Shown: piece by piece, positions 38,120 through 47,129 of the stretch
How the letters are laid out: the number at the start of each line of letters is the position of its first letter
Numbering within the stretch: the first letter of the stretch is position 1
Virus record (IMG/VR): IMGVR_UViG_3300042934_000561
Coordinates: 1 to 59,107 of that record
Direction: 5' to 3' (one strand)
Source of the DNA: a virus
Lineage: Duplodnaviria > Caudoviricetes
Length of the DNA: 59,107 bases
Made by a program: the position numbers and the translations under genes
Notes under the pieces: generated by a model
Database searches by the model: none
The model's input: only the letters and a program-made list of their open reading frames with translations
Told to the model about the DNA's origin: nothing

Positions 38120-39166
38120 CTAATCTAATTCGTATCTAGCATTTAAATAATCTTGATAAATCCAGAAAGTTTCCTTAGTTAATGTAAATCCAGCAGACCT
38201 AGGATGACCTCCGCCACTAGCTATATATTTAGCCCACGCACCTAAATTAACTTCATTACTTCTAGTCCTAACACTTACAGTACCGTTACTATAAAACATC
38301 ATTACAAAATCAACACCATCTTCATAAAGCTTTTCTGCCAAATCATTAGGAGCTTCTGCTACACTAACGCATTTTACACGTTTAGTTGTATTTACTTGAG
38401 TTATTCTAATATACGGAAATTCTCCAAATGCTAATTCCTCTTTCGGAGTCATCTCTTCATAAGAATATGTAAAATTTATATCTATGATGGCGGCAGTTTT
38501 TAGTATACCTGGGATAATAAGATATTTTTCCTTATCGGCAAAATCTCTAAGCAATGCTCTATCATAATCGTTAAATACTTCATGTTCATTTTTATATTTA
38601 GTTAGAAAATAATTTATTCCAGTTTTAGTGAAAAGAACTGCATGATCTCTCGGCTCTGTTATTCCCTTCTCAACCCACTGCCAAGTATCCCAATCACTAA
38701 TAACATCAGAAAGCTCCATAAGAAAGTTCCATTCAAATATTGGAAGGGATTCTGTTATAAACTTTTCCATATAGTTAAAGAATAATTTAGTTCCACTTAC
38801 TCCTTTTTCATCAGTAACAACTGCCCAATCAAATTGATTTAACCACAGTGCAGTTCCATGATGATCAAATAGGTATATTTTCTTCTTACTTTCTCTATTA
38901 ATTTTAGTAATGGTATGAGCTAGTTCAGTACTTACAATACTTACATCAGTTATGAATATTACCTGTATATCTTTGTATTCTTGAGAAAATAGTACTAATT
39001 TTACTACCTTATCCACAGCATTATTAGAAACTGTAAAATACTTATAATCCTTAAACAGATGATCTACGATGATAATAGGACCTGCCCCATCATCATCGTT
39101 ATGAGATATTATAGCAATTTTTTTACGACTAAAATCAATTTTACTGAATTCATCCATGTTTAACAT
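38120..39166 (-). CDS. DHH/DHHA1 phosphoesterase (NrnB-like oligoribonuclease)
   Basis: SHNDDDG, FITD, DHH, D.WDTW, SVR, GGGHPRSAG. Confidence 0.9.
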   Translation of the reverse strand: MLNMDEFSKIDFSRKKIAIISHNDDDGAGPIIIVDHLFKDYKYFTVSNNAVDKVVKLVLFSQEYKDIQVIFITDVSIVSTELAHTITKINRESKKKIYLFDHHGTALWLNQFDWAVVTDEKGVSGTKLFFNYMEKFITESLPIFEWNFLMELSDVISDWDTWQWVEKGITEPRDHAVLFTKTGINYFLTKYKNEHEVFNDYDRALLRDFADKEKYLIIPGILKTAAIIDINFTYSYEEMTPKEELAFGEFPYIRITQVNTTKRVKCVSVAEAPNDLAEKLYEDGVDFVMMFYSNGTVSVRTRSNEVNLGAWAKYIASGGGHPRSAGFTLTKETFWIYQDYLNARYELD

Positions 39167-39396
39167 TTATTTAGTCCTCCTTTAAATATTATAACAGACA
39201 TCATTATTGGATACAATAACATAAATAGTAATATAGATAAAGTTTCAAGTATATTACCTAATATATTATTTTCTTTTATTAAAATCTTAACTTCATCTTT
39301 TAAATCATGATTTACGAAATCGCTGAAGAAATTAAAATTTGTAGCAATACATATAATTATCAATAATAAGTAGGAAACTATTAATCCAGTGAGCAT
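39160..39396 (-). CDS. Small two-helix membrane protein
   Basis: Two hydrophobic stretches. Confidence 0.55.
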   Translation of the reverse strand: MLTGLIVSYLLLIIICIATNFNFFSDFVNHDLKDEVKILIKENNILGNILETLSILLFMLLYPIMMSVIIFKGGLNKC

Positions 39397-40019
39397 ACTC
39401 CAAACTCATCCTCTCTAACTTCATTTATTATATCTATAATATCGTTAACTACTTCTTGAATTGGTCTATTAGCGTTAACGTATCCTACGTAAGGAATTTG
39501 TATATGCAAAAGTTTGTATCCATCACATATTCTAGATAAATTCTCAGGAGCTTCAAATATATCTCCAGTTTCACCCTTATTTAATTTTTGACTTTTTAAC
39601 CTAGTAACTAAAACTTCATATGGCGCAGTTAATATAATATGAATATTAGGATTAGCTGATCGAATATCAAAAACTTTAATAGTATTTAAAGTTATTCCAT
39701 CTAAAGCACCATGTACGATTCCAGTAGTATAATATCTATCTACTAGTAGAACTTCTGTTCCAGACTTTCTAATCTCCGATAACTGAGTTTTAGTAAAATC
39801 CAATCTATCAGCACTATAAAGCATTTGTAACACCATTGGATCCATCTTCACTTCACCATTTAAAACTCTTTGTATTAGTTGTCCTACTGGAAATTCTCTT
39901 CTATGAAAATGTATAAAATCTGTTTTTACATTTTCATTTAAGTTATAATGGTTCATAACTAAATTTGTTACAGTACTTTTCCCTACTCCATTAGGACCGT
40001 CTATATTAACTATAATCAT
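39381..40019 (-). CDS. tmk: Thymidylate kinase
   Basis: IDGPNGVGKST, LYSADR, VDRY. Confidence 0.88.
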   Translation of the reverse strand: MIIVNIDGPNGVGKSTVTNLVMNHYNLNENVKTDFIHFHRREFPVGQLIQRVLNGEVKMDPMVLQMLYSADRLDFTKTQLSEIRKSGTEVLLVDRYYTTGIVHGALDGITLNTIKVFDIRSANPNIHIILTAPYEVLVTRLKSQKLNKGETGDIFEAPENLSRICDGYKLLHIQIPYVGYVNANRPIQEVVNDIIDIINEVREDEFGVCSLD

Positions 40020-40249
40020 GTGTTCTTCCTCCTTGTGTACTTATTACTTACAAATATATATACAGTATTAATTAATGAATTATAAAGTGAATACTGATTA
40101 TTCTTTGTTGGTTTTTTAGCCGGCCATTTTTAAGAGTATATTGCTAGTAATATGAATTATATAGTACATAACTATAGTATGATGGTCGCCAGACCATATC
40201 TTTTATTTTATTTTTATTGTTTTTATTTTTATATTTTTAATTGTTGTAG

Positions 40250-40424
40250 TGCAGAATCTTACGTCGGCCCCATGCAGAATCTTACGTCGGCCCCATGCAG
40301 AATCTTACGTCGGCCCATACGAACGTTAAAGCGTTAAAGTGAAAGTTTATTGAATAACAATAAAAAATTACGTCGGGCCCATGTAAGAAATTACGTCTGC
40401 CCATGTAAGTTCTTACTTCGGCCC
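40250..40424. repeat. 23-bp tandem repeat TGCAGAATCTTACGTCGGCCCCA x3 plus three degenerate copies
   Basis: Units start at 40250, 40273 and 40296; related units at about 40365-40424. Confidence 0.9.
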
Positions 40425-40471
40425 GCAATGGATTTTATTCACAGAACTACGACAAATGTGATGCTCTTAAG

Positions 40472-40500
40472 TTGTTACTCTGCTTAAAATCATGTATAAT
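40472..40500 (+). promoter_or_regulatory. sigmaA-type promoter TTGTTA-N17-TATAAT
   Basis: Exact spacing, upstream of RBS AGGAGG. Confidence 0.75.
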
Positions 40501-40546
40501 TATATTATAGCAGTAAAGCAAATAATATAATTTAGGAGGAACGAGT

Positions 40547-41092
40547 ATGCAGAAAGATAACAGTTTTATAGTAAAGGGAAATCAAATATTTCAAGTTTAT
40601 GGATTTTTATCAGATAGTGTAGTAGTATACGATAGAAAGTCCGAAACTGGGTTAAGCACAATTAAACATAAACAATACGATGATACTATAGTATCTTTTA
40701 GCCAAGATTTTGATAGAAAGTTTAAAGCGTTTTTAAACTTTGTGTTTAATGATCTAAGTTCTATTAATAAAGAAGGTTACGACAATTGGTCATACAAAAA
40801 ATGTGTTCAGTATAATTTTTGTCAAGCTCTAGGATTAGAACCATTTATAACTGACTGTGATGCAGACGATGTTCGTTCTGAAATAACAGTTCGTATGACG
40901 TATGAGTATTTAGCAAATCTTACCGCCCCAAAAGAACTATATCCAGTCAAGTTATACGTAATAGAACAATTACTACAAAAGTCGTATTATCACATTTTAA
41001 ATGACGAGTGGTTGATGGATAAGGCAAAAGATCCTTCAATTGATACTTTAGAATATAGTAGCGTAGAAATTGTTATGCCGGAGGGCGTTTAA
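40547..41092 (+). CDS. Hypothetical protein
   Basis: 181 aa, RBS, promoter. Confidence 0.7.
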   Translation: MQKDNSFIVKGNQIFQVYGFLSDSVVVYDRKSETGLSTIKHKQYDDTIVSFSQDFDRKFKAFLNFVFNDLSSINKEGYDNWSYKKCVQYNFCQALGLEPFITDCDADDVRSEITVRMTYEYLANLTAPKELYPVKLYVIEQLLQKSYYHILNDEWLMDKAKDPSIDTLEYSSVEIVMPEGV

Positions 41093-41107
41093 TATTTAAT
41101 AGGAGGA

Positions 41108-41371
41108 ATGTATATGAAGTACAATGAATACAATGGTATTAGAGTAGGACAGAAAGTTTTTGTTATAGAGCAGTATGAAATTCATGACGCTGTTGTCGAA
41201 GAAATATATGACGATGTTGTCGACGATAATTGCGACCATATTTGTAAATGGGCTAAAACTTCTAGAGGATACGATCATTTGTCAGATGTTTTTCTTACGT
41301 ACGATATTGCAAAACGTGCAGTATCGTTAAAGAAATTATCATATGATGAGTATGTTCTTAGAGGTTATTAA
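41108..41371 (+). CDS. Hypothetical protein
   Basis: AGGAGG RBS. Confidence 0.65.
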   Translation: MYMKYNEYNGIRVGQKVFVIEQYEIHDAVVEEIYDDVVDDNCDHICKWAKTSRGYDHLSDVFLTYDIAKRAVSLKKLSYDEYVLRGY

Positions 41372-41621
41372 ATTGGGAAACATTTATCTATCCGATAGTC
41401 AGGCTTTACTGATACTCAATATAATAACCGAGTATTGTTCCATAATGGGAGACGGAACAGAAACTTCTGAATACATAAATGAAATTTCAGATGATTTAGA
41501 AGAGATTCGCAGTAAATTAAGAAAATCTAGATGTAAGGTTCGTTCTAAAGACATAGATTCAGTTGTAATAGAAAGAGCTTTAAGTATTGCACAAAAACTT
41601 AAAGAATCAGGAAAAATTTAA
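41343..41621 (+). CDS. Hypothetical protein (start uncertain)
   Basis: ORF within the operon. Confidence 0.55.
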   Translation: MMSMFLEVIKLGNIYLSDSQALLILNIITEYCSIMGDGTETSEYINEISDDLEEIRSKLRKSRCKVRSKDIDSVVIERALSIAQKLKESGKI

Positions 41622-41639
41622 TAAAGGAGTTGAATAGAG

Positions 41640-41921
41640 TTGAAAAAGTTAAAAAACAAGAAAAAAAGAAGATATTTCTGTTCAGATAATAGTATTCATT
41701 CTAAAATTAACCCGAATGAAGACCCTCTTGAATCGTTTGCAGAAAATAAAACCTCCGTCAACTTAGAAAACATATTCAAAGAACCAATTACAGAAAAAGA
41801 CAAACTAGCACAACAACAATTAGCAGTAGTAATTTTAAAGAATAGATTAGGAGGGTCGATGAGATTTAATTTTAACTATAATTTGGAGGCGGGTATTTTT
41901 GAAGAAGGAAAATCTATTTAA
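41640..41921 (+). CDS. Hypothetical protein
   Basis: AAGGAG RBS, TTG start. Confidence 0.55.
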   Translation: MKKLKNKKKRRYFCSDNSIHSKINPNEDPLESFAENKTSVNLENIFKEPITEKDKLAQQQLAVVILKNRLGGSMRFNFNYNLEAGIFEEGKSI

Positions 41922-42007
41922 AAGAACACTAAACACTAGATACTTCGGAAGGAAAAGTAATTTCTACGATACCTCAAGAAATAGCAAAAATAAGGAGAGT
42001 GAAATAA

Positions 42008-42532
42008 ATGACAAATCTAGAATTAATGATAAAAAATAATCTGATAAAGCCTGTCACAGTCCATACTGCTAAGTTTATAACCGATAGGGTTAGTCTACTT
42101 TACGACGATCACAGAAATTTTATAGACGAAGCGTTGAAGCGTACTCTTGCAATGCAGTTTTATGAGTTAGTAGGATCTAACCCAGATGCGTATATTCCCA
42201 GAGTATCAGATAGATATGTATACAAAGAAACGGAAAATGAAATTGAGTTCCACATGAGAATCGATTATTATGTTTTTAACATAGAAGTGAAAAGAGAATT
42301 GGCCGGCCCATTAACATTCAACTTAAGAGAAACTAATGTATCTCCTCAGCAGGTAGCTTATGAAAGATTGACGATATTTAAACAAGAAATTAAAAATGCA
42401 ACTGATTTAAGTCATGCTGAAATTCAATCGGTAGTAGGATCATTAAGCACGAAGTATGAATTAGATTTATTAAAGGCTGTATTTAATAGATTAGGATTTG
42501 TAGGACTAAAGCAGTTAAGCACGCTAAAGTAG
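42008..42532 (+). CDS. Hypothetical protein
   Basis: 174 aa, AAGGAG RBS. Confidence 0.65.
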   Translation: MTNLELMIKNNLIKPVTVHTAKFITDRVSLLYDDHRNFIDEALKRTLAMQFYELVGSNPDAYIPRVSDRYVYKETENEIEFHMRIDYYVFNIEVKRELAGPLTFNLRETNVSPQQVAYERLTIFKQEIKNATDLSHAEIQSVVGSLSTKYELDLLKAVFNRLGFVGLKQLSTLK

Positions 42533-42587
42533 CGTGCTTAAATTCAAATTGTCTTTAGCTTGTAATAATTAAATAGTGTATTTGTAT

Positions 42588-42629
42588 ACCCGTAAACTTT
42601 GTCGGAAGACAGCGGTTTGCGGGATTTTT
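42588..42629 (+). terminator. Intrinsic terminator
   Basis: CCCGTAAAC...GTTTGCGGG then ATTTTT; a further hairpin TTAAGCACGCT..AGCGTGCTTAA at 42515-42541. Confidence 0.6.
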
Positions 42630-42893
42630 ATTGAAGTTTAAAAGAATTACTATAAAGGCGAAGCCTACGGGTGATTGGGCGGTTACCCTGTTTCAGTAAA
42701 AGAGTTCCAGATATTGATACTGATATCATCCATAAACTATAAATCCTTTGGAATTAGCACTAAGAACGCATTGGCAGGCAGGGTGGCAGAAACTCTTGCT
42801 TAAGCAATTCATTTGAATCATTGGGTCAATAGATGGCGTGGGCAGGATAGAAATGTATTGTAGGTTTAAATATTAATTATATCATGTATAACT

Positions 42894-42995
42894 GGGCATG
42901 TGAATACGGGCATATTTTCAAGGGGCATATGATCACAGGGCGCTGGAATCACGGGGCGCTTGGCGAGTGGGCAATTGAAACAAGGGGCGATGGGC
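42894..42995. repeat. GGGC motifs phased at about 15 bp
   Basis: The C of GGGC falls at 42897, 42911, 42926, 42941, 42957, 42972 and 42988. Confidence 0.7.
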
Positions 42996-43209
42996 TCGTG
43001 AAGATCTGATAATGAGCGAAGAGGCGAGGAGGCACTTGATTTGTAAAAATTTAAATCTTATATTTTTAAGGTCATTGATTTAAGGTTTAAAAGAAGTGGG
43101 GGGGGGGGATGGTTTCATACCATCTTGAAAAAAGGTGATTTACACATCCGAAAGGGTCTTCTACCCATAGAGAGGCATGTAAGAATTTGTATTTTATGGA
43201 AAAGTTTAG

Positions 43210-43385
43210 CAATTGACAATTATTGTTAATTACCAGTTATTTGTAAATTGTAATTATTGGAAAATTACAATAATTGTTAATTGTTAAATATTTGCAATTG
43301 TAAATAATTGTTATTTGACAATTAATGTATATTTACAATTATTAATTGTTAACAATTTGTTTACAATTAAATGTATTGTAATTAT
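43210..43385. repeat. AT-rich array of ACAAT/ATTGT motifs
   Basis: Many direct and inverted CAATT/AATTG/ATTGT units. Confidence 0.7.
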
Positions 43386-43404
43386 AACTTTTATATGTTA
43401 TAAT
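43376..43404 (+). promoter_or_regulatory. sigmaA-type promoter TTGTAA-N17-TATAAT with extended TG
   Basis: Exact spacing. Confidence 0.75.
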
Positions 43405-43581
43405 TAGTTATAGGTTGAAAGGAGGGAAACACAGTAAATAGTAAAAAGTTGGTAAATACATATACTGGCAAATGTAATTAACTGGTAATGACACTTGAGC
43501 ATGACACGCGTTATTTGACAAATTAATAATTGTAAAAAGTTGGAACTACTTAAAATTAATTAATTAAGGAGATGTATTATT

Positions 43582-44172
43582 GTGGAAAAAAAGAACATGA
43601 TTAAATTAGTTGGAACTTTAAAGGGTACTGAAAAAGGATATATGGATAGCGAAAAGGAAATTATTGTAAGTCCCGAATTTATGTTTAATGGTGAGGTAGT
43701 TACTGGAAATTTTGAAGTTGTTGGAGGTATAGAGGACGCTAAGAATAACAACATAATATTTAATAGCTTACTCGAAAAAGAGGTAAAAAATGTAAATTTC
43801 TTAAAGACGGTTACTTTTAAGAGTAAGAGCGGCAAAGAGTTTTATTTAACACTGGCAAATAGTTACAAATGGGGAATAAAGGCAAATGAAAAGGAAGGGT
43901 ATATTAAAGAACAAAAAGAAGTGGGTTTTATTTACAGTAAGGAGGTAATTACTGTAAAGGCTACTGAAAAGACTGCTGAAAAGACTACTGAAAAAATTAC
44001 ATTTATTGGAACTTGGCTAAGTGCTAACACTATAATCAATCAATTACTGGTAATGACTGGCAGTAAATACAATAAGTGCAATGCAATATATATGAGCGCT
44101 ACAATTGATAGAATTAGCGTTAATAGCAAGACAGTAACAGAGAAAAAGGAACTTGTTACAAAGGAATGGTAA
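43582..44172 (+). CDS. Hypothetical early protein
   Basis: 196 aa, AAGGAG RBS, GTG start. Confidence 0.7.
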   Translation: MEKKNMIKLVGTLKGTEKGYMDSEKEIIVSPEFMFNGEVVTGNFEVVGGIEDAKNNNIIFNSLLEKEVKNVNFLKTVTFKSKSGKEFYLTLANSYKWGIKANEKEGYIKEQKEVGFIYSKEVITVKATEKTAEKTTEKITFIGTWLSANTIINQLLVMTGSKYNKCNAIYMSATIDRISVNSKTVTEKKELVTKEW

Positions 44173-44559
44173 AAACTGACAGTGGGGAAATATTCCCCAC
44201 TTGTACATAAAATATTGGAGGGTATAAAAATGGAATTAATTGACACTTACAAAAGGCATAATAACTGGACGAGCATTACACGTAACGAGGGTATGTACAA
44301 CGAGAATTTAAAACGGCAGGAACGTATAAACAAGATGGCAGTTGAAAAAATGGAAAAAAGAGTAAGAGAACTTATGAAGCTTGGTGTAACTTATGAAATA
44401 GCTAAAACAATGGGAAATAAGCTACTGTACAGCATTAAGAAAAATATAAAGATTGTAGAGGTAGTTAGGAGCGCAGAACATAGGAAAATGGAACGCAAGG
44501 AAATAACATATAAGGAATGGTAAAAACTGGCAGTGGGGACTATTCCCCACTGTACATAA
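44161..44559 (+). repeat. About 50-bp direct repeat (44161-44210, 44512-44559) covering KEW-stop and a GTGGGGA..TCCCCAC hairpin
   Basis: Direct sequence comparison. Confidence 0.9.
44230..44523 (+). CDS. Hypothetical early protein
   Basis: GGAGGG RBS before ATG 44230 (MELIDTY). Confidence 0.65.
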   Translation: MELIDTYKRHNNWTSITRNEGMYNENLKRQERINKMAVEKMEKRVRELMKLGVTYEIAKTMGNKLLYSIKKNIKIVEVVRSAEHRKMERKEITYKEW

Positions 44560-44574
44560 TGGAGGTAATGGAAA

Positions 44575-44727
44575 ATGAAGGAAATAGTAAATAATTTACA
44601 AATAGGGCAAACTATTGTAATAGGTAGACTAGCAATTAAAAAGTATATAGATAATAATGGAATACTACGCGTAAAAGGTATGTTTTTAAACGATAAACAA
44701 TATATAGCAATACATCACGGAGTATAG
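44575..44727 (+). CDS. 50-aa hypothetical protein (MKEIVNNLQIGQ...HHGV)
   Basis: GGAGG RBS; below the ORF-track cutoff. Confidence 0.6.
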   Translation: MKEIVNNLQIGQTIVIGRLAIKKYIDNNGILRVKGMFLNDKQYIAIHHGV

Positions 44728-44730
44728 GCT

Positions 44731-44817
44731 ATGAGTGTAATGTTTGCACTACTTAGAATATTTGGCCCAGTATTAATAATAATGTTAATGTACAGCTTGA
44801 AAAAGAGCACTGCTTAG
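44731..44817 (+). CDS. 28-aa hydrophobic peptide MSVMFALLRIFGPVLIIMLMYSLKKSTA
   Basis: GGAG RBS; paralog at 55072..55167. Confidence 0.6.
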   Translation: MSVMFALLRIFGPVLIIMLMYSLKKSTA

Positions 44818-44830
44818 GCAGTGCTTTTAT
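44801..44830 (+). terminator. Intrinsic terminator (possibly bidirectional)
   Basis: AGCACTGC-TTAG-GCAGTGCT followed by TTT. Confidence 0.75.
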
Positions 44831-45211
44831 TGCGTCTAAAGATCTGGGTTAGACTCTTGGGTCTAGATCCAGATAAGAACTATTGATAAGATGCAGAGCC
44901 TCTGCAAGCTTCTAATATAGAAACAACTCATAAGAATTTGGACTCGAATGGACCCCTACCCGTTACCCTTTCTGGATTGATTGATACCCATACCTATATC
45001 TTTGGATTGAAATAAATTCGCCTGCCCATCACTAATAACCTACCTATCCTATTATAGTTGTTATATCCCTATCTGTTAGTGTTATTAATGGGATTAGAAT
45101 AAGATAAGGTTTTTCCTTGCCGGGCGATCTTTTTAGAAACCAATAGAATTCGGACTTGAATGGATCCTACCTCTACCTATGGATCGGCATCTGAACCCGT
45201 GTCTTGATCGT

Positions 45212-45238
45212 AAAAAAAAGAGCACCCAAAGGCGCTCT
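45212..45238 (-). terminator. Intrinsic terminator
   Basis: GAGCGCC-TTT-GGGTGCTC followed by a T run. Confidence 0.8.
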
Positions 45239-45642
45239 TATTCCTCTCTTTCTACTACATTAAATTTATCTTCTGGAATATACATTCTATATTTGCTTTC
45301 GTAACTCAAAAGCTTAATCGGCTCAAATATTATATCCTCCAACTTAGTATGTACGGTATAACTACCCTGTCCAAAAGTAACAGTCCAGTCTTTATGAATT
45401 CTCATCCACTCGACGTAATCAGTACTAAATTCAACAAACACCTTGTATCTGTTTTGAACGTTATCCTCTAATCCATGCTCTTTAAGTTCATCCTTAATTC
45501 TAGTCTCTAGGTCTATTTCTTTTCCTTGATGATAAACTCCATAGATTGCATGTGTATTCCAACAATTGCACTCTAATGCCTTATCCATTATCTCATCTGA
45601 TACCTTTTCTATAATCTCATCAGCTAAATAAAAATTATCCAC
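45238..45642 (-). CDS. Hypothetical early protein
   Basis: 134 aa, AGGAG RBS. Confidence 0.65.
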   Translation of the reverse strand: MDNFYLADEIIEKVSDEIMDKALECNCWNTHAIYGVYHQGKEIDLETRIKDELKEHGLEDNVQNRYKVFVEFSTDYVEWMRIHKDWTVTFGQGSYTVHTKLEDIIFEPIKLLSYESKYRMYIPEDKFNVVEREE

Positions 45643-45676
45643 TTATTATTCACGCTCCTATTATATTCTATAAAAT

Positions 45677-46039
45677 CTAGTCTTCGTAGTAAAATCTTTC
45701 AGTAACCGCAGTATCAAACTTGTCCGCTATGTACTCTTCTATATCGCATAGTTCTAATTCATCAAGTTCCTCAGTTAAATTGTCTTCATCTGTTTCACTA
45801 GATTTAACTATAAACGTTATCTTATTATTTCCATCGTCTTCGTATCCAAAGATTACCTCGTCACCTTTTACGAACCCAGCTTCTAGCATTTCGCCCACAT
45901 CAGCCTTTACTACATGTTCGCTACCAACGAATCTAATCTTTTCAGTTTCGTCCGTGTAGTCAAAAATTGCCACCCCCAAGTAAAAAGCTGATCCAAAACA
46001 ACATACATCTCTAGTTGCTAAACAATCCATTTCTAACAT
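45677..46039 (-). CDS. Acidic hypothetical early protein
   Basis: 120 aa, has its own promoter. Confidence 0.65.
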   Translation of the reverse strand: MLEMDCLATRDVCCFGSAFYLGVAIFDYTDETEKIRFVGSEHVVKADVGEMLEAGFVKGDEVIFGYEDDGNNKITFIVKSSETDEDNLTEELDELELCDIEEYIADKFDTAVTERFYYED

Positions 46040-46126
46040 CTCCTTAAATTAAAAATTAATACTTACATTACTAGTATAACAGAAGTTATATTGAATAACA
46101 AGATTAGGTATTTGTGATGGGGCGGT

Positions 46127-46345
46127 TTATTTATACATCGATTCTACCTGAGCTATAAAGTTCTCATACTCCTCCTCTATCTTGCTGTAGAAGTAAGGAT
46201 ACAATCCAGCTCCGTTATTTATATCTTCGTAAAGTGCCATCCACTCTGACATCATCCATTGTTTAAATGTGGAATCATCGTCTAGTTTAAGTTGTAGTCC
46301 AATACACTTTTCTTTATCCTCATTGCTTAAGTTATTCCACGCCAT
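46127..46345 (-). CDS. Hypothetical early protein
   Basis: 72 aa, RBS. Confidence 0.6.
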   Translation of the reverse strand: MAWNNLSNEDKEKCIGLQLKLDDDSTFKQWMMSEWMALYEDINNGAGLYPYFYSKIEEEYENFIAQVESMYK

Positions 46346-46346
46346 T

Positions 46347-46832
46347 TTATGCTCTCCTTCCTAAATGAAGTATTTCAGGTTGACTGATATCTAATATCCA
46401 CCCTTCTCGTTCTAAGTCTTTACCAGTAACATAGCTTAAACAGTCCATGAGGGCTATTTGTGCTATAGCCTTGCCAACTGTTTCTGCACAATCTACAAAA
46501 TCGTCCATAGTTATCGATTCTACTTTCTTAGTAAATACGAACTCTTCTACATGAGCTAATTTCCTAGAAACTTCAGGACGATTAGTAAAGTCCTTCTCAA
46601 TAATTACTTCAACATATAATTGGCTGTGACGTACTGATATGTCAACATAGTAGTGGCTTATTCCTCCAATAACAACATTGTCCTCTCCCTTGCATACCCT
46701 GTTTACAGTAGCCTTCATAGTATTAGTAAAAATATTCTCTGCCGCCACTAAACTAACTTTATGACTTCTATTTAGTTCTCCCATATATAAATGTAAGTCC
46801 TCTTTTGATAAAAATTTTTCCATGTTATCCAA
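46347..46832 (-). CDS. Hypothetical early protein
   Basis: 161 aa, promoter and RBS. Confidence 0.65.
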   Translation of the reverse strand: MDNMEKFLSKEDLHLYMGELNRSHKVSLVAAENIFTNTMKATVNRVCKGEDNVVIGGISHYYVDISVRHSQLYVEVIIEKDFTNRPEVSRKLAHVEEFVFTKKVESITMDDFVDCAETVGKAIAQIALMDCLSYVTGKDLEREGWILDISQPEILHLGRRA

Positions 46833-47101
46833 TCTCCTTTTAAATTTAAATTTTTACTACTAATAACATTATAACAGAATATACATAGAGTTACAAGGTA
46901 AGAGTTTTTGTGTGGGCGGCATTTATTTATAGAGGTTCGAAGAATTGATAAAGATCCATTCAAGGCCGAAAGGCATTGAGCAGAAGCGTTGCGGCTGCCA
47001 GGCCGGTTGGCAACGAAAACGAAACCAAGGATTCGGACTCGAATGGACCCGCACCCACACCTGTGGTATTGACACTCTAATACTCTGTGCAGATTGATCA
47101 C

Positions 47102-47125
47102 AAAAAAAGCACCCTTAGGCGCTCT
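47102..47125 (-). terminator. Intrinsic terminator, homologous to 45212-45238
   Basis: AGCGCC-TAA-GGGTGCT followed by a T run. Confidence 0.75.
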
Positions 47126-47129
47126 GTAT

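Noticed and set aside
40152-40337. 61-aa plus-strand ORF
   Set aside because: It is a translation of the T-rich tract and the 23-bp repeats, with no RBS
40250-40424. Repeats as a CRISPR array
   Set aside because: The units are head-to-tail with no unique spacers, and there are no cas genes
43098-43108. G11 run as a phase-variation switch
   Set aside because: It is not in a CDS or between identifiable -35/-10 boxes; kept only as part of the candidate terminus
44161-44559. Hairpin repeats as integron attC sites or CRISPR repeats
   Set aside because: There are only two copies, no RYYYAAC/GTTRRRY ends, and no integrase in the window
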